64,000 nt of DNA, taken from assembly GCA_965197745.1 (NCBI GenBank), contig CBDANS010000007.1, positions 1,024,001-1,088,000 on the forward strand. Reading direction: 5' to 3'. Position numbers and translations under genes: made by a program. The notes below the pieces were generated by a model that had not been told where the DNA came from, made no database searches, and saw only the letters and a program-made list of their open reading frames with translations. This document shows positions 41,041 to 51,028 of the stretch, piece after piece; the stretch's first letter is position 1, and every line of letters begins with the position of its first letter. This DNA is from Opitutales bacterium (GTDB lineage: Bacteria; Verrucomicrobiota; Verrucomicrobiia; Opitutales; PNEW01).

Positions 41041-42327
41041 TCAATCTAATGGTTTAAATGCGACAACCGATTGCTCTGCATTTGCCGGGAGAATTGAGAA
41101 ATATTTTTCCCCCTCTGTTCTGCTAGCAAGACTCCGGTAATGATCAAACAGTACCTGGTCACTCGAACGATGGCCCAGCATCGCTGCTGTCTTGCTTGAA
41201 TCACTGGTCAGGGCATAATAGTAGCTGCCGAAGCTGTGGCGCATCGCATTGCTGTAGTTTCCCCCCCAATGGGGAAAGCCCGCTTGTTTGGTTAACTTAG
41301 CAAAGTTTATGTATGAATTTGCGGGTGCAACTTTACCCTTTTTATTATGACATAGCTGCAACCATGCCACACAATTGTCCATAAGATCCATGACTCTTAA
41401 CTGGCGCTTTTTAGCTATCTGTGGGCCAACCGTCAGTAACTTGCGCTCCAGATCAATAACCGACCAGTCAAGCCGGTAAATCTCAGTGCTCCTTAACCCT
41501 GCGAACAGCCCTAGTGCCACCAATGGGAGCAGCCCCATATCTTCATCTGTCTTTGCCGCATGCAAAACCAAATCTTCTGCTTGAGTGACTTTGAGAATGA
41601 CAGGGGGCTTCCAGTCTATTTTTGGGATTGGAATTTTCTTCACGGGGTTATCGACCCGAAATCCCTTGTTCACCGCATAGTTAAAAAAGCTGCTTAAGCA
41701 TAAGCGGTAGTTTATAATGCTTCTCACAGAGAGATCGGTAAAGTTATTGAGCCACTCCTCTATTTCCGTTTGAGAAATCTCCTTGACCACTCGGCTCCCA
41801 AAGTTTCTAGAGAAGATTCCCAGCCGGGAGCGGATATCATTTATGGAGCGCGAGCGCAGATTCCGGTTTTCTTTTTCCTCAATCAATGTTGCCGTTAATT
41901 CCAGAACCGTAATATCACCGGCAGGGGGATTCAAATGCAGCTTGGCAAACTCCGCTGCCTGCAAGAGGGTAATGTCGAAACCTTCCAGTATTTCGAATGC
42001 GTTGAAAGCGTCCTTGGACTGGTACCCGGTCAGGTTATAATGATGCTGCCCGTGTTGAAGCAATTGTTCGTGTTGTTCTTTTGCCCAGGCAAAAGCGACC
42101 TCTTTATCCTTGAACTGTCTTCTCATTCGCTTGCCCGCGAACTTCGCGGGAATCAAAACCTGGTAGGAAAATCCGTAATCATCGCCAGCGGTTCGATTGA
42201 TAACTTCCCTGATTGTGATAGCACTTTTTTTAGGGTGCTCCCAGCTATTAAGGGGACTCGATTTTTTACGTTTTCCTTTAGTTGCCTCCATCAAGCAAAC
42301 TAATGCCTCAATCAGGTTTACTTGCAA
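41041..42327 (-). CDS. Tyrosine recombinase/integrase
   Basis: SAM-like core-binding region; GLRSTE, AKKRQLR, NAMRHSFGSY, LGH, FDHY. Confidence 0.93.
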   Translation of the reverse strand: MQVNLIEALVCLMEATKGKRKKSSPLNSWEHPKKSAITIREVINRTAGDDYGFSYQVLIPAKFAGKRMRRQFKDKEVAFAWAKEQHEQLLQHGQHHYNLTGYQSKDAFNAFEILEGFDITLLQAAEFAKLHLNPPAGDITVLELTATLIEEKENRNLRSRSINDIRSRLGIFSRNFGSRVVKEISQTEIEEWLNNFTDLSVRSIINYRLCLSSFFNYAVNKGFRVDNPVKKIPIPKIDWKPPVILKVTQAEDLVLHAAKTDEDMGLLPLVALGLFAGLRSTEIYRLDWSVIDLERKLLTVGPQIAKKRQLRVMDLMDNCVAWLQLCHNKKGKVAPANSYINFAKLTKQAGFPHWGGNYSNAMRHSFGSYYYALTSDSSKTAAMLGHRSSDQVLFDHYRSLASRTEGEKYFSILPANAEQSVVAFKPLD

Positions 42328-42394
42328 GCTTTATTGACAATAATAATACAGGAACATTACAAGTCATTGATATATTTATATATAAACGATTCGA

Positions 42395-43412
42395 TGATCC
42401 GTTCTGCCAAGGGCTTGCTGGTTCGATATAGAGGGTATTGATTTTCATCGCAGTTAGCCAGGCTCTCAATTCACTTCCAATAAATGGCTTCGCATGTCGT
42501 CGCTTCGCTCCTCGGAACCGATCCATTGTCGCTGCGAATATATTGTGGCGGCCCATGACGGTCGAGCAGTTTTTGCATGACCCCGCGCACCTTCTGCGCA
42601 TTGATATGGCGATCGACATGGATCACCCGACACTCGCGGGTGTACTCGTCGAGGACGGTCAGCATTTTGAGATTCCCACCGCGAGCCGTCTTATCGTGGA
42701 TAAAATCCCAGGTCCAAACAGGGTCGGGATGTTCGGCCTTGGTCGGCAGCCCGGTGGAGATACCCCGGCGCCGACCTCTTGGCTTGCGTGGGGGGATCGC
42801 CAGACCCAGTTCACGTCGCAGACCTTGCACGAGACGTTTACCCACCTGCCAGCCTTCGTCCTTCAACAGCTTCGTGATCTTCGGATAGCCCCACCTCGCC
42901 TATTGCCGTGATAACCGCCTTACTGCCGCCTTCAGTTTCGTTAGCCAGGCATCCGGATACTTCGCCCGATACGCATAGGTGGAGCGGTGCAGGTGAAAGT
43001 ATCGGCACGCTCCACGCATCGAACACTGGCCCCGGGCCACAAGTCTCTCTGCCACTTGCCGCTTGTGCCCAGGGCTTACCGTTTTTTTTCGAGGGTCTCC
43101 TGCACAATCTCTATCCCCAGCAGCTTGTCCGCCAGCATCCGCTTTAACCGCGCGTTCTCCTTCAAAGAGTTCCTTCATCCGCTTGGCCTGGTTGACATCG
43201 ATCATTCCAAACTCACCCTTCCAGTGGAGGAAGCTCAGTTCGCTTAGGTTGTTCTCACGGCATCCTCTTCCTGGGTCGATTTGCCTCTGTCTGCTTGCCG
43301 CAATATACGTATCTTCTCTTCGGTTGTGTATCTTTTATCTTTCATTGTCTAAGTCCTTTTTAGGTGGCCCAGACCAACTTTTCAAGTGTCACAGTTTCCG
43401 TGGTCACGACCA
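42395..43412 (-). mobile_element. IS3-family element, copy 4 (related to copy 3, 3'-truncated)
   Basis: End ...CCGTGGTCACGACCA; orfB WTWDF, LDEYTRECR, YIRSDNGS, EPASPWQNG, then truncation. Confidence 0.88.
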
Positions 43413-43677
43413 ATAATATCCCTAGAACTAATATTATATGCATACTTAGAGGTAATATATTACCGATTACTTCTTTCACTTCCATTGTAATTTTCCTTTC
43501 TGTTATTTGTTTATCTGAATTGTGACTTTTGTATATAATTCCCTAATTTAGCTTAATTTCTCGTTCTCATTGGATCATGGTCCAAACTCAACAAATTGGT
43601 TCAACCGGACTTGTTTGACGAATGGAAGCAAGCTTCACGTTTGGTCTGGCTGAAATCGAAAGCGGATATAGGCGGAC

Positions 43678-45885
43678 TCACTGCTGGCGGGGCAGAGTTT
43701 CCGCGATAGCTGGCGATGAGGTCGTGGGTAGCTCGATGATCATCTCGGTAAATGCAGCGGGTTCGGATTCCACTAGTATGCTTCCCCCGTGTTCGCGTAC
43801 GATATCATTGGAGAGGGCAAGGCCCAGCCCGGTGCCCTGATTCGTCGGCTTGGTCGTGAAGAACGGGGTAAATATCTTCTTGATGACATCGGGCTTTATT
43901 CCGTTTCCATTGTCGCGAATGCGGATTTGGATACAGTCCGTCATGCGCCGGGTGGTGAGCCGCAGAATGGGCTCGTAGTGCACGGTCTTTTTCCCTTCGG
44001 TGGCGGACGAATCGGGAGACTTGCCGTTACCCGCCTCGACGGCGCGCCGCTTCTCGTCAGTGGCATAACAGGCGTTGCTCGCCATGTTCAGGAACACCCG
44101 GCCCAGTTTCTGTTGAATGACGTCGAGTTCCCCCACCTCAGAGTCAAAGTCCTCTTCGATTTTCAGGCAGAATGTCGGGTCAGTGACCCGGGCGCTGTGG
44201 TAGGCAAACAGGGTGTGTTTGGAGAGCAGGGCGTTGATATCCGTCGGCTGCCGCTCGCCAGAGTGCCTACCCATCATAAGCATGCTTTGTACGATCTGGT
44301 TGGCCCGTTCGCCGTGCTCGTGGATGCGCTTGAGGTTGTCGGTAAGATCGCCACTGATCTCGTCGATCAGCTCGCGGCTTTCTTCACCGCCTTCACCAGT
44401 GGATTTTGGGATCTCCTCCAGTAGTTCTTCCAGTAGTTCCTCCGAAACCTCCGAAAAGTTCTTAATAAAATTCAGCGGGTTCTTGATCTCGTGGGCGACG
44501 CCAGCGGTCAATTCGCCGAGCGACGCTAGTTTTTCACGCATGATGAGTTGGTCCTGAGCCCGTTCCAGGTCGGCCAGTGCGCCCGCGAGTTGATCGTTCT
44601 TGCCCTTGAGCTCTTCGGCTAGCTTTTCCACCATATTCAGCCGTTGGACTTCCAATGCGTGGCGGCGAAAGACCTCAAGTGCCGCAGCCATATCCGCTAT
44701 CTCATCGTTCCCACTGATATCGACGGTTGCCTCCAAGTCACCCTTAGCCATGCGGCGCATTCGATCCGACAGCTGTCCAAGCCGACGTGACAGCACCCGG
44801 CCGACATACAGCCAAGCGATCAGTACCGCTCCGACGACGCTGATGACGCTCAACGCGAACAAGAGATTGCGTCCGGTAAGGATCGTTCGAGCGGATGTGA
44901 GGGAGGCATCCCGTACGCTTGCGTGAGCCGCACTTACCAGGCTTTCGACCTCGGACACGAGTTCTATGGCAAGAACACGATTATGGGTAAGCAAGTCTCT
45001 CTGGTACTGGTCAAGCGCGAGTTCCCGTGAGCGGAGGTTGAAACCACCCTCCGGCCCAATGCCCAACTCAATCAACCGGGTGAAGAGAGGCGAGAGTTTC
45101 TGGCGCATCGCTGTTGATCCGAGTATGGACAGGCGCCGCTCGATACCGGAGGCGGTGGACTCGAAGCGCTCCCGCAGCGGTTCTAGCAGGGGGATGTCCG
45201 AGACATTGAAGGCGGTTGCCAGAATCTGATCCCCAATGGTGGCATCAGCCTGTAACTCGGCAAGGTGGCGATAGCGATTGAACTCCGCTTGCGAGAAATG
45301 CTGTGCTCGGGGTGCGGGCATATCGTTAAGGTTGTCGTAGCCCGTCATTGCATAGAACAATTGATCGTCAATCGATGGAATCAGGATGTTGGTCAACTTG
45401 CTGCGCAGCGCCGCCAGTTCTCTGCGCAGCGCCTGTTGCAGGTTGGTCAGCGCGAAGTGTCCCTCCACCGAATCCTCAATGGCTTTGATGTTTGTAATCA
45501 GAGCATCACCCCGCGCACGGATGCGCTTTGAGCGTTTCGCTTCCCCGCCTTTCCGTGTCAATGCGGCCAACTGCGTCTCGAAGGCCTTTCGATCCTCGTC
45601 GATTTTTCCAACGACGCGGGCCAAGTCCTCCGGCGACACAGCGGTAGTCAAGCGCAACGCGGCGTCTACGAGAGCGCCGCTTTGTTGCGCGGTACCAAAG
45701 GCGGCCGCCATCTTCGGGACACTATCCTCGTTCACGCGGCTCTGGACATCACCCACCCGGGCGAAGGATACCCAACCGACCAGACTGGCGACGATGGTGA
45801 GGGCAACTCCGCCGCCGATACCTATATAGAGCTGCGTCGAGATTAGGAAACGGCTTTCAAATAGGCGTTTAAGTAGGTCTTTCAC
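43678..45885 (-). CDS. Sensor histidine kinase (TorS-like periplasmic domain, HAMP, HisKA, HATPase)
   Basis: Two transmembrane helices, DEIADMA, AHEIKNPLNF, DNGNG, FFTTK, GTGLGL. Confidence 0.92.
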   Translation of the reverse strand: MKDLLKRLFESRFLISTQLYIGIGGGVALTIVASLVGWVSFARVGDVQSRVNEDSVPKMAAAFGTAQQSGALVDAALRLTTAVSPEDLARVVGKIDEDRKAFETQLAALTRKGGEAKRSKRIRARGDALITNIKAIEDSVEGHFALTNLQQALRRELAALRSKLTNILIPSIDDQLFYAMTGYDNLNDMPAPRAQHFSQAEFNRYRHLAELQADATIGDQILATAFNVSDIPLLEPLRERFESTASGIERRLSILGSTAMRQKLSPLFTRLIELGIGPEGGFNLRSRELALDQYQRDLLTHNRVLAIELVSEVESLVSAAHASVRDASLTSARTILTGRNLLFALSVISVVGAVLIAWLYVGRVLSRRLGQLSDRMRRMAKGDLEATVDISGNDEIADMAAALEVFRRHALEVQRLNMVEKLAEELKGKNDQLAGALADLERAQDQLIMREKLASLGELTAGVAHEIKNPLNFIKNFSEVSEELLEELLEEIPKSTGEGGEESRELIDEISGDLTDNLKRIHEHGERANQIVQSMLMMGRHSGERQPTDINALLSKHTLFAYHSARVTDPTFCLKIEEDFDSEVGELDVIQQKLGRVFLNMASNACYATDEKRRAVEAGNGKSPDSSATEGKKTVHYEPILRLTTRRMTDCIQIRIRDNGNGIKPDVIKKIFTPFFTTKPTNQGTGLGLALSNDIVREHGGSILVESEPAAFTEMIIELPTTSSPAIAETLPRQQ

Positions 45886-47063
45886 GGGTGTGCCGAATCC
45901 CGGAGTGTCTTGATCGGGTAGTAGCGACCATCTGCGCCGATGACAGTGAGGAAAACCGCGTCCGAACCTTGGTTGTCGTTGTCGCTATAGTGGAGCTTGA
46001 ACCCGTCGAGGTCAATGATATCGACGCGGCGCAGACTATCGAGAAAACATGCCCGGTCAGGCTCTCGTCCGCAGAGTTCAAGGGCGACAATAGCCAGACG
46101 GCCGGCCAAGTAGCCTTCGAAAGAGACAAAGCCGGGAAGTGCGCTGGGGGCATGAGTTTTTAGGGCCCGGCGGTAAGCCGCCGCGATGGAGGGTTCATCC
46201 GCTGTCGGGAAGGGCACCACCTGTGTGACAAAGACTCCAGTGCCGTCGGGGCCGAGTTCTCGGATCAACGCGTTGCTGCCTACGAAGGATATTGTTATAA
46301 AAGCCGGTTCGAACTTGATGTGTCGCGCCCAGGCGATCAGGGCCGCGACTGGCTGATAAGCCCCGACCAGAATCACTGCTTCAGGATCTCCGTCGCGCAG
46401 ATCCAAGAGGGCCGTTTTTACGGCCGTGGTATTGCGCGGGTACACCCCGATTGCCGCCGGTTTCAGATCGCGCCTCCCGAGGGCGCGGCGAACGCCGCGG
46501 TAGCCTGCCCGACCAAAGGAGTCGTCCTGATACAACACTGCGATGCGGTAGATACCCAGGTCACTGATTATACGGGCTACCATTTCCTCGGTTTCTTGGA
46601 AGTAAGAGGCGCGCAGATTTATCACATTTCGCCACTTCGCTTCGCGAAGGAAAGCGGCTCCGGTAAATGGCGCGATATATGGAACGTCTGCAATCGCGGC
46701 GACCGGAGCAGCGGAGCGTGATGTCGGTGTTCCAACGGCTCCTATCAATGCAAAGACCTCTTCCTCCTCGATCAGCCGACGGGTGTTGGCGATAGCGGCT
46801 TCCGGTTCGTACGCATCGTCGAGGGAAAGAAGCTCAATCCGGCGCCCATGGACGCCACCCCGCCCATTTACCTCCCGGAAAGCCGCGTCGATACCGAGCC
46901 GCATGTTTTTGCCGAGATCCTGAGCGGGGCCGGTGAAGGCGGCGGACTGGCCGAAAAGGATACGTTGGGCGGAAACCCCGAACTCACCGGAGATCGGCGT
47001 GTTGCCCGCGCTGAGTACCGCGACAAGCAGAAAGGCTCCGTACCGCGGCAGCGACCCCTTCAT
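45882..47063 (-). CDS. Periplasmic substrate-binding protein (branched-chain amino acid type)
   Basis: Signal peptide, FGQSAAFTGP, LDDAYEP, GAVGTPTS, NLRASY. Confidence 0.88.
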   Translation of the reverse strand: MKGSLPRYGAFLLVAVLSAGNTPISGEFGVSAQRILFGQSAAFTGPAQDLGKNMRLGIDAAFREVNGRGGVHGRRIELLSLDDAYEPEAAIANTRRLIEEEEVFALIGAVGTPTSRSAAPVAAIADVPYIAPFTGAAFLREAKWRNVINLRASYFQETEEMVARIISDLGIYRIAVLYQDDSFGRAGYRGVRRALGRRDLKPAAIGVYPRNTTAVKTALLDLRDGDPEAVILVGAYQPVAALIAWARHIKFEPAFITISFVGSNALIRELGPDGTGVFVTQVVPFPTADEPSIAAAYRRALKTHAPSALPGFVSFEGYLAGRLAIVALELCGREPDRACFLDSLRRVDIIDLDGFKLHYSDNDNQGSDAVFLTVIGADGRYYPIKTLRDSAHP

Positions 47064-47482
47064 CCGTTCCTCCGCTTAATTAAGGTTAGAAGGTTCTTGC
47101 CGCTCTCCCGCCGATAGTGCACCTCATCCATCAGGGTGCGCACCAGATGGATGCCGAGCCCGCCCACGGGGCGGTCTTCGAGAGACGCGTTGATATCGGG
47201 TGGGGGAGTATCGGTCAGTGGATTGAACGCACGGGCGTCGTCGGTGATCTCAACGGTGATTGTATCCATGTCCGAGACGATCTGGATTTCGACCTCGTGG
47301 GGGCCATCGTCGCCGTGCCCATGATTCACGATGTTGATGCCTATCTCCTCGAACACGAGCTTAACCTGAAATTCGAGCTCGGGGGACCAGCTCTCCGTCC
47401 GCGCGAACTCTTCGATCGATTCGTCGATTCGTCGAAGCTCGTCGAGCGTCGTTTCCATGCGAAGTGATAACTTGGCGCTCAT
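47060..47482 (-). CDS. Anti-sigma factor / Ser kinase (RsbW-like HATPase_c)
   Basis: EEIGINIVNHG, DDARAFNP, GGLGIHLVRTLMD. Confidence 0.9.
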   Translation of the reverse strand: MSAKLSLRMETTLDELRRIDESIEEFARTESWSPELEFQVKLVFEEIGINIVNHGHGDDGPHEVEIQIVSDMDTITVEITDDARAFNPLTDTPPPDINASLEDRPVGGLGIHLVRTLMDEVHYRRESGKNLLTLIKRRNG

Positions 47483-48678
47483 ATGTCCCCTCCGCATCGG
47501 TGAAGCGTCAAACAGGTGATGTCGTCGAATTGGGGAGCGTCGTCGGCGAACGATTTCACCGCCTGGAAGACAGCAGTGGTGATGTCGTGGGCGTCCCCCG
47601 GCGGCAAACCGGCGAAGACCTCGCGCAGACGGTCGATCCCAAACTGCTCGCTCGCGTTGTTCTCCGCCTCGGTTACGCCGTCGGTATAGAGCACCACCGT
47701 GTCGCCCGGCGATAGACTCATGACACGCTTACCGTAGGGAAGATCCGGAGCGACCCCGAGGGCAATCCCGCCGGTCAACGGCAACAGCGTCGAGGTTCCA
47801 GCGGCGTTAAAGATGATTGGAGGATTATGTCCTCCGTTGACGTAAACTAGTTCATCACTCGCGGGATCGAAAACCGCCAGGAAGACGGTGACGAACATCA
47901 AGGAGTCGTTGTTCTCACAGAGCAAATGATTGGCCTGGCGTAGTATTTCGCTCGGATCTGAATGGCTAACGGCGGCCCCTTTGATCAGCGTGCAGATGGA
48001 CATCATGAAAAGGGCGGCGGGGACGCCCTTGCCCGAGACGTCAGCCACAACGAGGCCGATACGCCCGTCAGGCAAGCGCAAAACGTCGAAAAAGTCGCCG
48101 CCCACATCGCGAGCTGGCTCCATGCTCGCGAATACCTGATAGTCTGTGGCCTCGGGAAATTTAGTTGGCAGAATCGACTGCTGCATTCTGTTGGCTATGT
48201 CGAGCTCGTTCTCCAGTGCGACCAGTTTGTCTCGAGCCTCAAGGGCCGCACGCCACTGGGCGAGGTGTTCAAGGGTCCGTCTGATGGTTAACTGCAGATC
48301 TTCGAAGTCGATCGGCTTGATGACGAAGTCGAAGGCACCCCGGTTCATCGCCATGCGGATGTTCTCCATATCGCCATAAGCCGAGACCACCACTGCATGG
48401 ATATCGGGGTTGACGGTCGGGATTTGCTCGAGAAGTGTGAGCCCGTCCATTTCGGGCATGTTGATGTCGGAGAGGACCATACCGATATTCTGGTCCTTAT
48501 TCAGCCGATCAAGCGCCTCTACACCATTTCGGGCGAACACGAACTCATACAAGCCTCTACGAATCTCGCGGCGCATACGCTGGCGCACGAGTTGTTCCAG
48601 ATCTGGCTCGTCGTCGACTACCAAAATCTTGTGGGGCTCTTGCATTATCACTTCTTCTGATTTTCCCTCACACCGCAT
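47479..48678 (-). CDS. Response-regulator PP2C phosphatase (REC + SpoIIE, RsbU/RsbP-like)
   Basis: ILVVDDE, SDINMP, KP; VGGDFFD, ADVSGKG, YTDGVTEA, DDITCL; start may be 48645. Confidence 0.92.
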   Translation of the reverse strand: MRCEGKSEEVIMQEPHKILVVDDEPDLEQLVRQRMRREIRRGLYEFVFARNGVEALDRLNKDQNIGMVLSDINMPEMDGLTLLEQIPTVNPDIHAVVVSAYGDMENIRMAMNRGAFDFVIKPIDFEDLQLTIRRTLEHLAQWRAALEARDKLVALENELDIANRMQQSILPTKFPEATDYQVFASMEPARDVGGDFFDVLRLPDGRIGLVVADVSGKGVPAALFMMSICTLIKGAAVSHSDPSEILRQANHLLCENNDSLMFVTVFLAVFDPASDELVYVNGGHNPPIIFNAAGTSTLLPLTGGIALGVAPDLPYGKRVMSLSPGDTVVLYTDGVTEAENNASEQFGIDRLREVFAGLPPGDAHDITTAVFQAVKSFADDAPQFDDITCLTLHRCGGDI

Positions 48679-48728
48679 ATAGTATACTATCCGGTCTCAA
48701 TCGACAAAAGCAGCCCCCTCGATTCACG

Positions 48729-49106
48729 TCAAACGCTGGGAGGCGGTTTTGTAATAGATTTCTGATCAAGGGAGGCGAGCACCTTGGCTCGGGATTCAAA
48801 GATTGCAATGATCTGGTCGAACCCGCTGATCTCAAAAATTTCCTTGATCGAATCCGACAGAGAATAGAGAGCAAACTTGATGTTCTGTTTCCCAAAAGTC
48901 TTGGCAATCAAGAGGACCGCCCGAAGGCCTGCGCTGCTGATGTAGGTAATCTTTTCAAAGTCGATTATCACGGTATAATCATTTTCCGTAATTGAGGTTC
49001 TGACCGCCTCCTCGAACTCACGTGCATTGGCGCCATCAATGCGCCCCTCCACCCTGATGGTCAAGATGGTGTCTTGTCGTTCAGATTTCAACTGCATCGC
49101 TGTCAT
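48729..49106 (-). CDS. STAS anti-anti-sigma factor (RsbV-like)
   Basis: GRIDG, YISSAGLR, IFEISGF. Confidence 0.9.
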   Translation of the reverse strand: MTAMQLKSERQDTILTIRVEGRIDGANAREFEEAVRTSITENDYTVIIDFEKITYISSAGLRAVLLIAKTFGKQNIKFALYSLSDSIKEIFEISGFDQIIAIFESRAKVLASLDQKSITKPPPSV

Positions 49107-49276
49107 CTCCTAAGTTTGTTCATGCCCCCAACTATATTTCCACTTGCACGGTGATTATACTTTGAAACACACTTCTATAATGTAGGGTAGAATATAATTT
49201 GCAACTATAGTGGTAATGTTGCCTATATCAAGGTTTTTTGACAGCGCCCGCTATCTGAAAAGATCATATTAAATGC

Positions 49277-50662
49277 TTATTTGTCCTCCTCCGGCATCAG
49301 AACGAATTCAGGGTAGGCTTCTATACCCAGTTCCCCCACGTCTTGGCCAAGGCCCTCGATAGACGGTGCGATCCGGGCTCCCAGAGTTTTATCGATGATT
49401 AGCCAGACAAGTAACGAAGTGAAAAATGTAAAGGCCCCGATGGCTGCGATGCCGACAATCTGCACTAGGAAATTACCACCGGCCGCAATACAGGTCGCAA
49501 GCGTTCCCCAGATGCCTGTAAAAAGATGGGCTGGAACCGCACCGACCACGTCATCAATCTTTAAGCTCTCCATCACTTTTATCCCGATGAAGCAAATCGC
49601 TCCGCCCACTGCCCGAATGATAACAGCCCAGTAGTGCACGACAATGTCGGGGGCTGCGGTGATCGCGACAAGACCGGCGATTACACCGTTCAGGCCCGCG
49701 AACAGGTCGACGCGTCCTAAAATGGGCCGCGACAAGCAGATCGCGGTCATAACCCCCGCTGCCGCCGCGAGATTGTTGTTGGCAAAAATATTGCTTATAG
49801 CCACGGCATCTGCCGCGCCGCTCATGGCAAGTTGCGAGCCTCCATTGAAACCAAACCAGCCCATCCAGAGGATGAAGACGCCGAGCATCACGATGGGCAC
49901 ATTCGAGGGCGGTGTCATCTTCACGGTGCCATCGGCGCGAAATTTGCCTTTCCGTGCCCCAATAACGATGGTCCCTGCGAGCGCCGCCCAACCACCGGTA
50001 GAGTGTACGATTGTCGATCCGGCAAAATCCTTGAATCCCATTTCGGAGAACCATCCGCCGCCCCATGTCCAGGCACCAACGACCGGGTAAATGATTGTCG
50101 TCAACAATGTGATGAAGATGAAAAAAGACCATAGCTTCACTCGTTCGGCCAGGGTCCCGGACACGATCGACGCGGTCGTCGCTACGAACACCATCTGGAA
50201 AAACCAGTTCGCCATTGTGGATTTACCGCTCCTTAAGACGGCCTCAGCGGCGGCATCGTTTCCAGACAGCAACGCAATCTCCTCTCCTGTCGGCCCATAC
50301 AGGAACTTGAACGACCCGAACCAGTCGTCGACATACATGATATTGTAGCCAACTAGGTAGAAGGTAAGTCCCGCGATGGAATAGAGCCCGACATTCTTCA
50401 GACAGATCATTGATGCGTTCTTGGTGCGCACGGAACCCGCTTCGAGCATGGTGAAGCCCGCGCACATCCACATTATCAGAACCCCCCATACTAGGAGCAT
50501 GAAGCTGTTCAGAACGAATTGCGTTTCGCGATCAACGGCTGCGTACGCGTCCGTTGGGGAAATCAACAGAAAGAGAATGGCTGCAACGGCGACGAATCTG
50601 GCCGTATGCCAGCAGTGCGCACCAAGACAGGCACCAAATAATCCGGTTTCGTTTCTACTCAC
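49277..50662 (-). CDS. amtB: Ammonium transporter
   Basis: AGFTMLEAG, FFQMVF, AER, DFAGSTIVH, GWFGFNGGS, DDVVGAVPAH. Confidence 0.93.
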   Translation of the reverse strand: MSRNETGLFGACLGAHCWHTARFVAVAAILFLLISPTDAYAAVDRETQFVLNSFMLLVWGVLIMWMCAGFTMLEAGSVRTKNASMICLKNVGLYSIAGLTFYLVGYNIMYVDDWFGSFKFLYGPTGEEIALLSGNDAAAEAVLRSGKSTMANWFFQMVFVATTASIVSGTLAERVKLWSFFIFITLLTTIIYPVVGAWTWGGGWFSEMGFKDFAGSTIVHSTGGWAALAGTIVIGARKGKFRADGTVKMTPPSNVPIVMLGVFILWMGWFGFNGGSQLAMSGAADAVAISNIFANNNLAAAAGVMTAICLSRPILGRVDLFAGLNGVIAGLVAITAAPDIVVHYWAVIIRAVGGAICFIGIKVMESLKIDDVVGAVPAHLFTGIWGTLATCIAAGGNFLVQIVGIAAIGAFTFFTSLLVWLIIDKTLGARIAPSIEGLGQDVGELGIEAYPEFVLMPEEDK

Positions 50663-51028
50663 TTCCCTCTTACCTCCCAGGTATCTTTTGATCCAAGGGT
50701 TTCACGAAAGACTGAAACCACCAAAGAGCATACCACCCTGCTCCAAACAGGTGATCTAGGCTCATTTTCAGGTGTTGTTAAGGTGATCATGCAAGGCTTC
50801 TGCATCAATCCATTTATAAAATAATATTAACTGGATTTATGCTATTATTACATGCACATCCCAGCTATAAGTCAATGTCATTCTTGATCCGTTTATTGGT
50901 TCGAAAAATCTGGCGATCGTCCATCCCGGACGCGTCAGCAACGGCGACAAGGGTACCATTCGGGCATGTGGTCCTGGGTATCCTTCGGCCGCTTATCTAG
51001 TCAGCAAACACCGACGGGCCGAGCGCAT

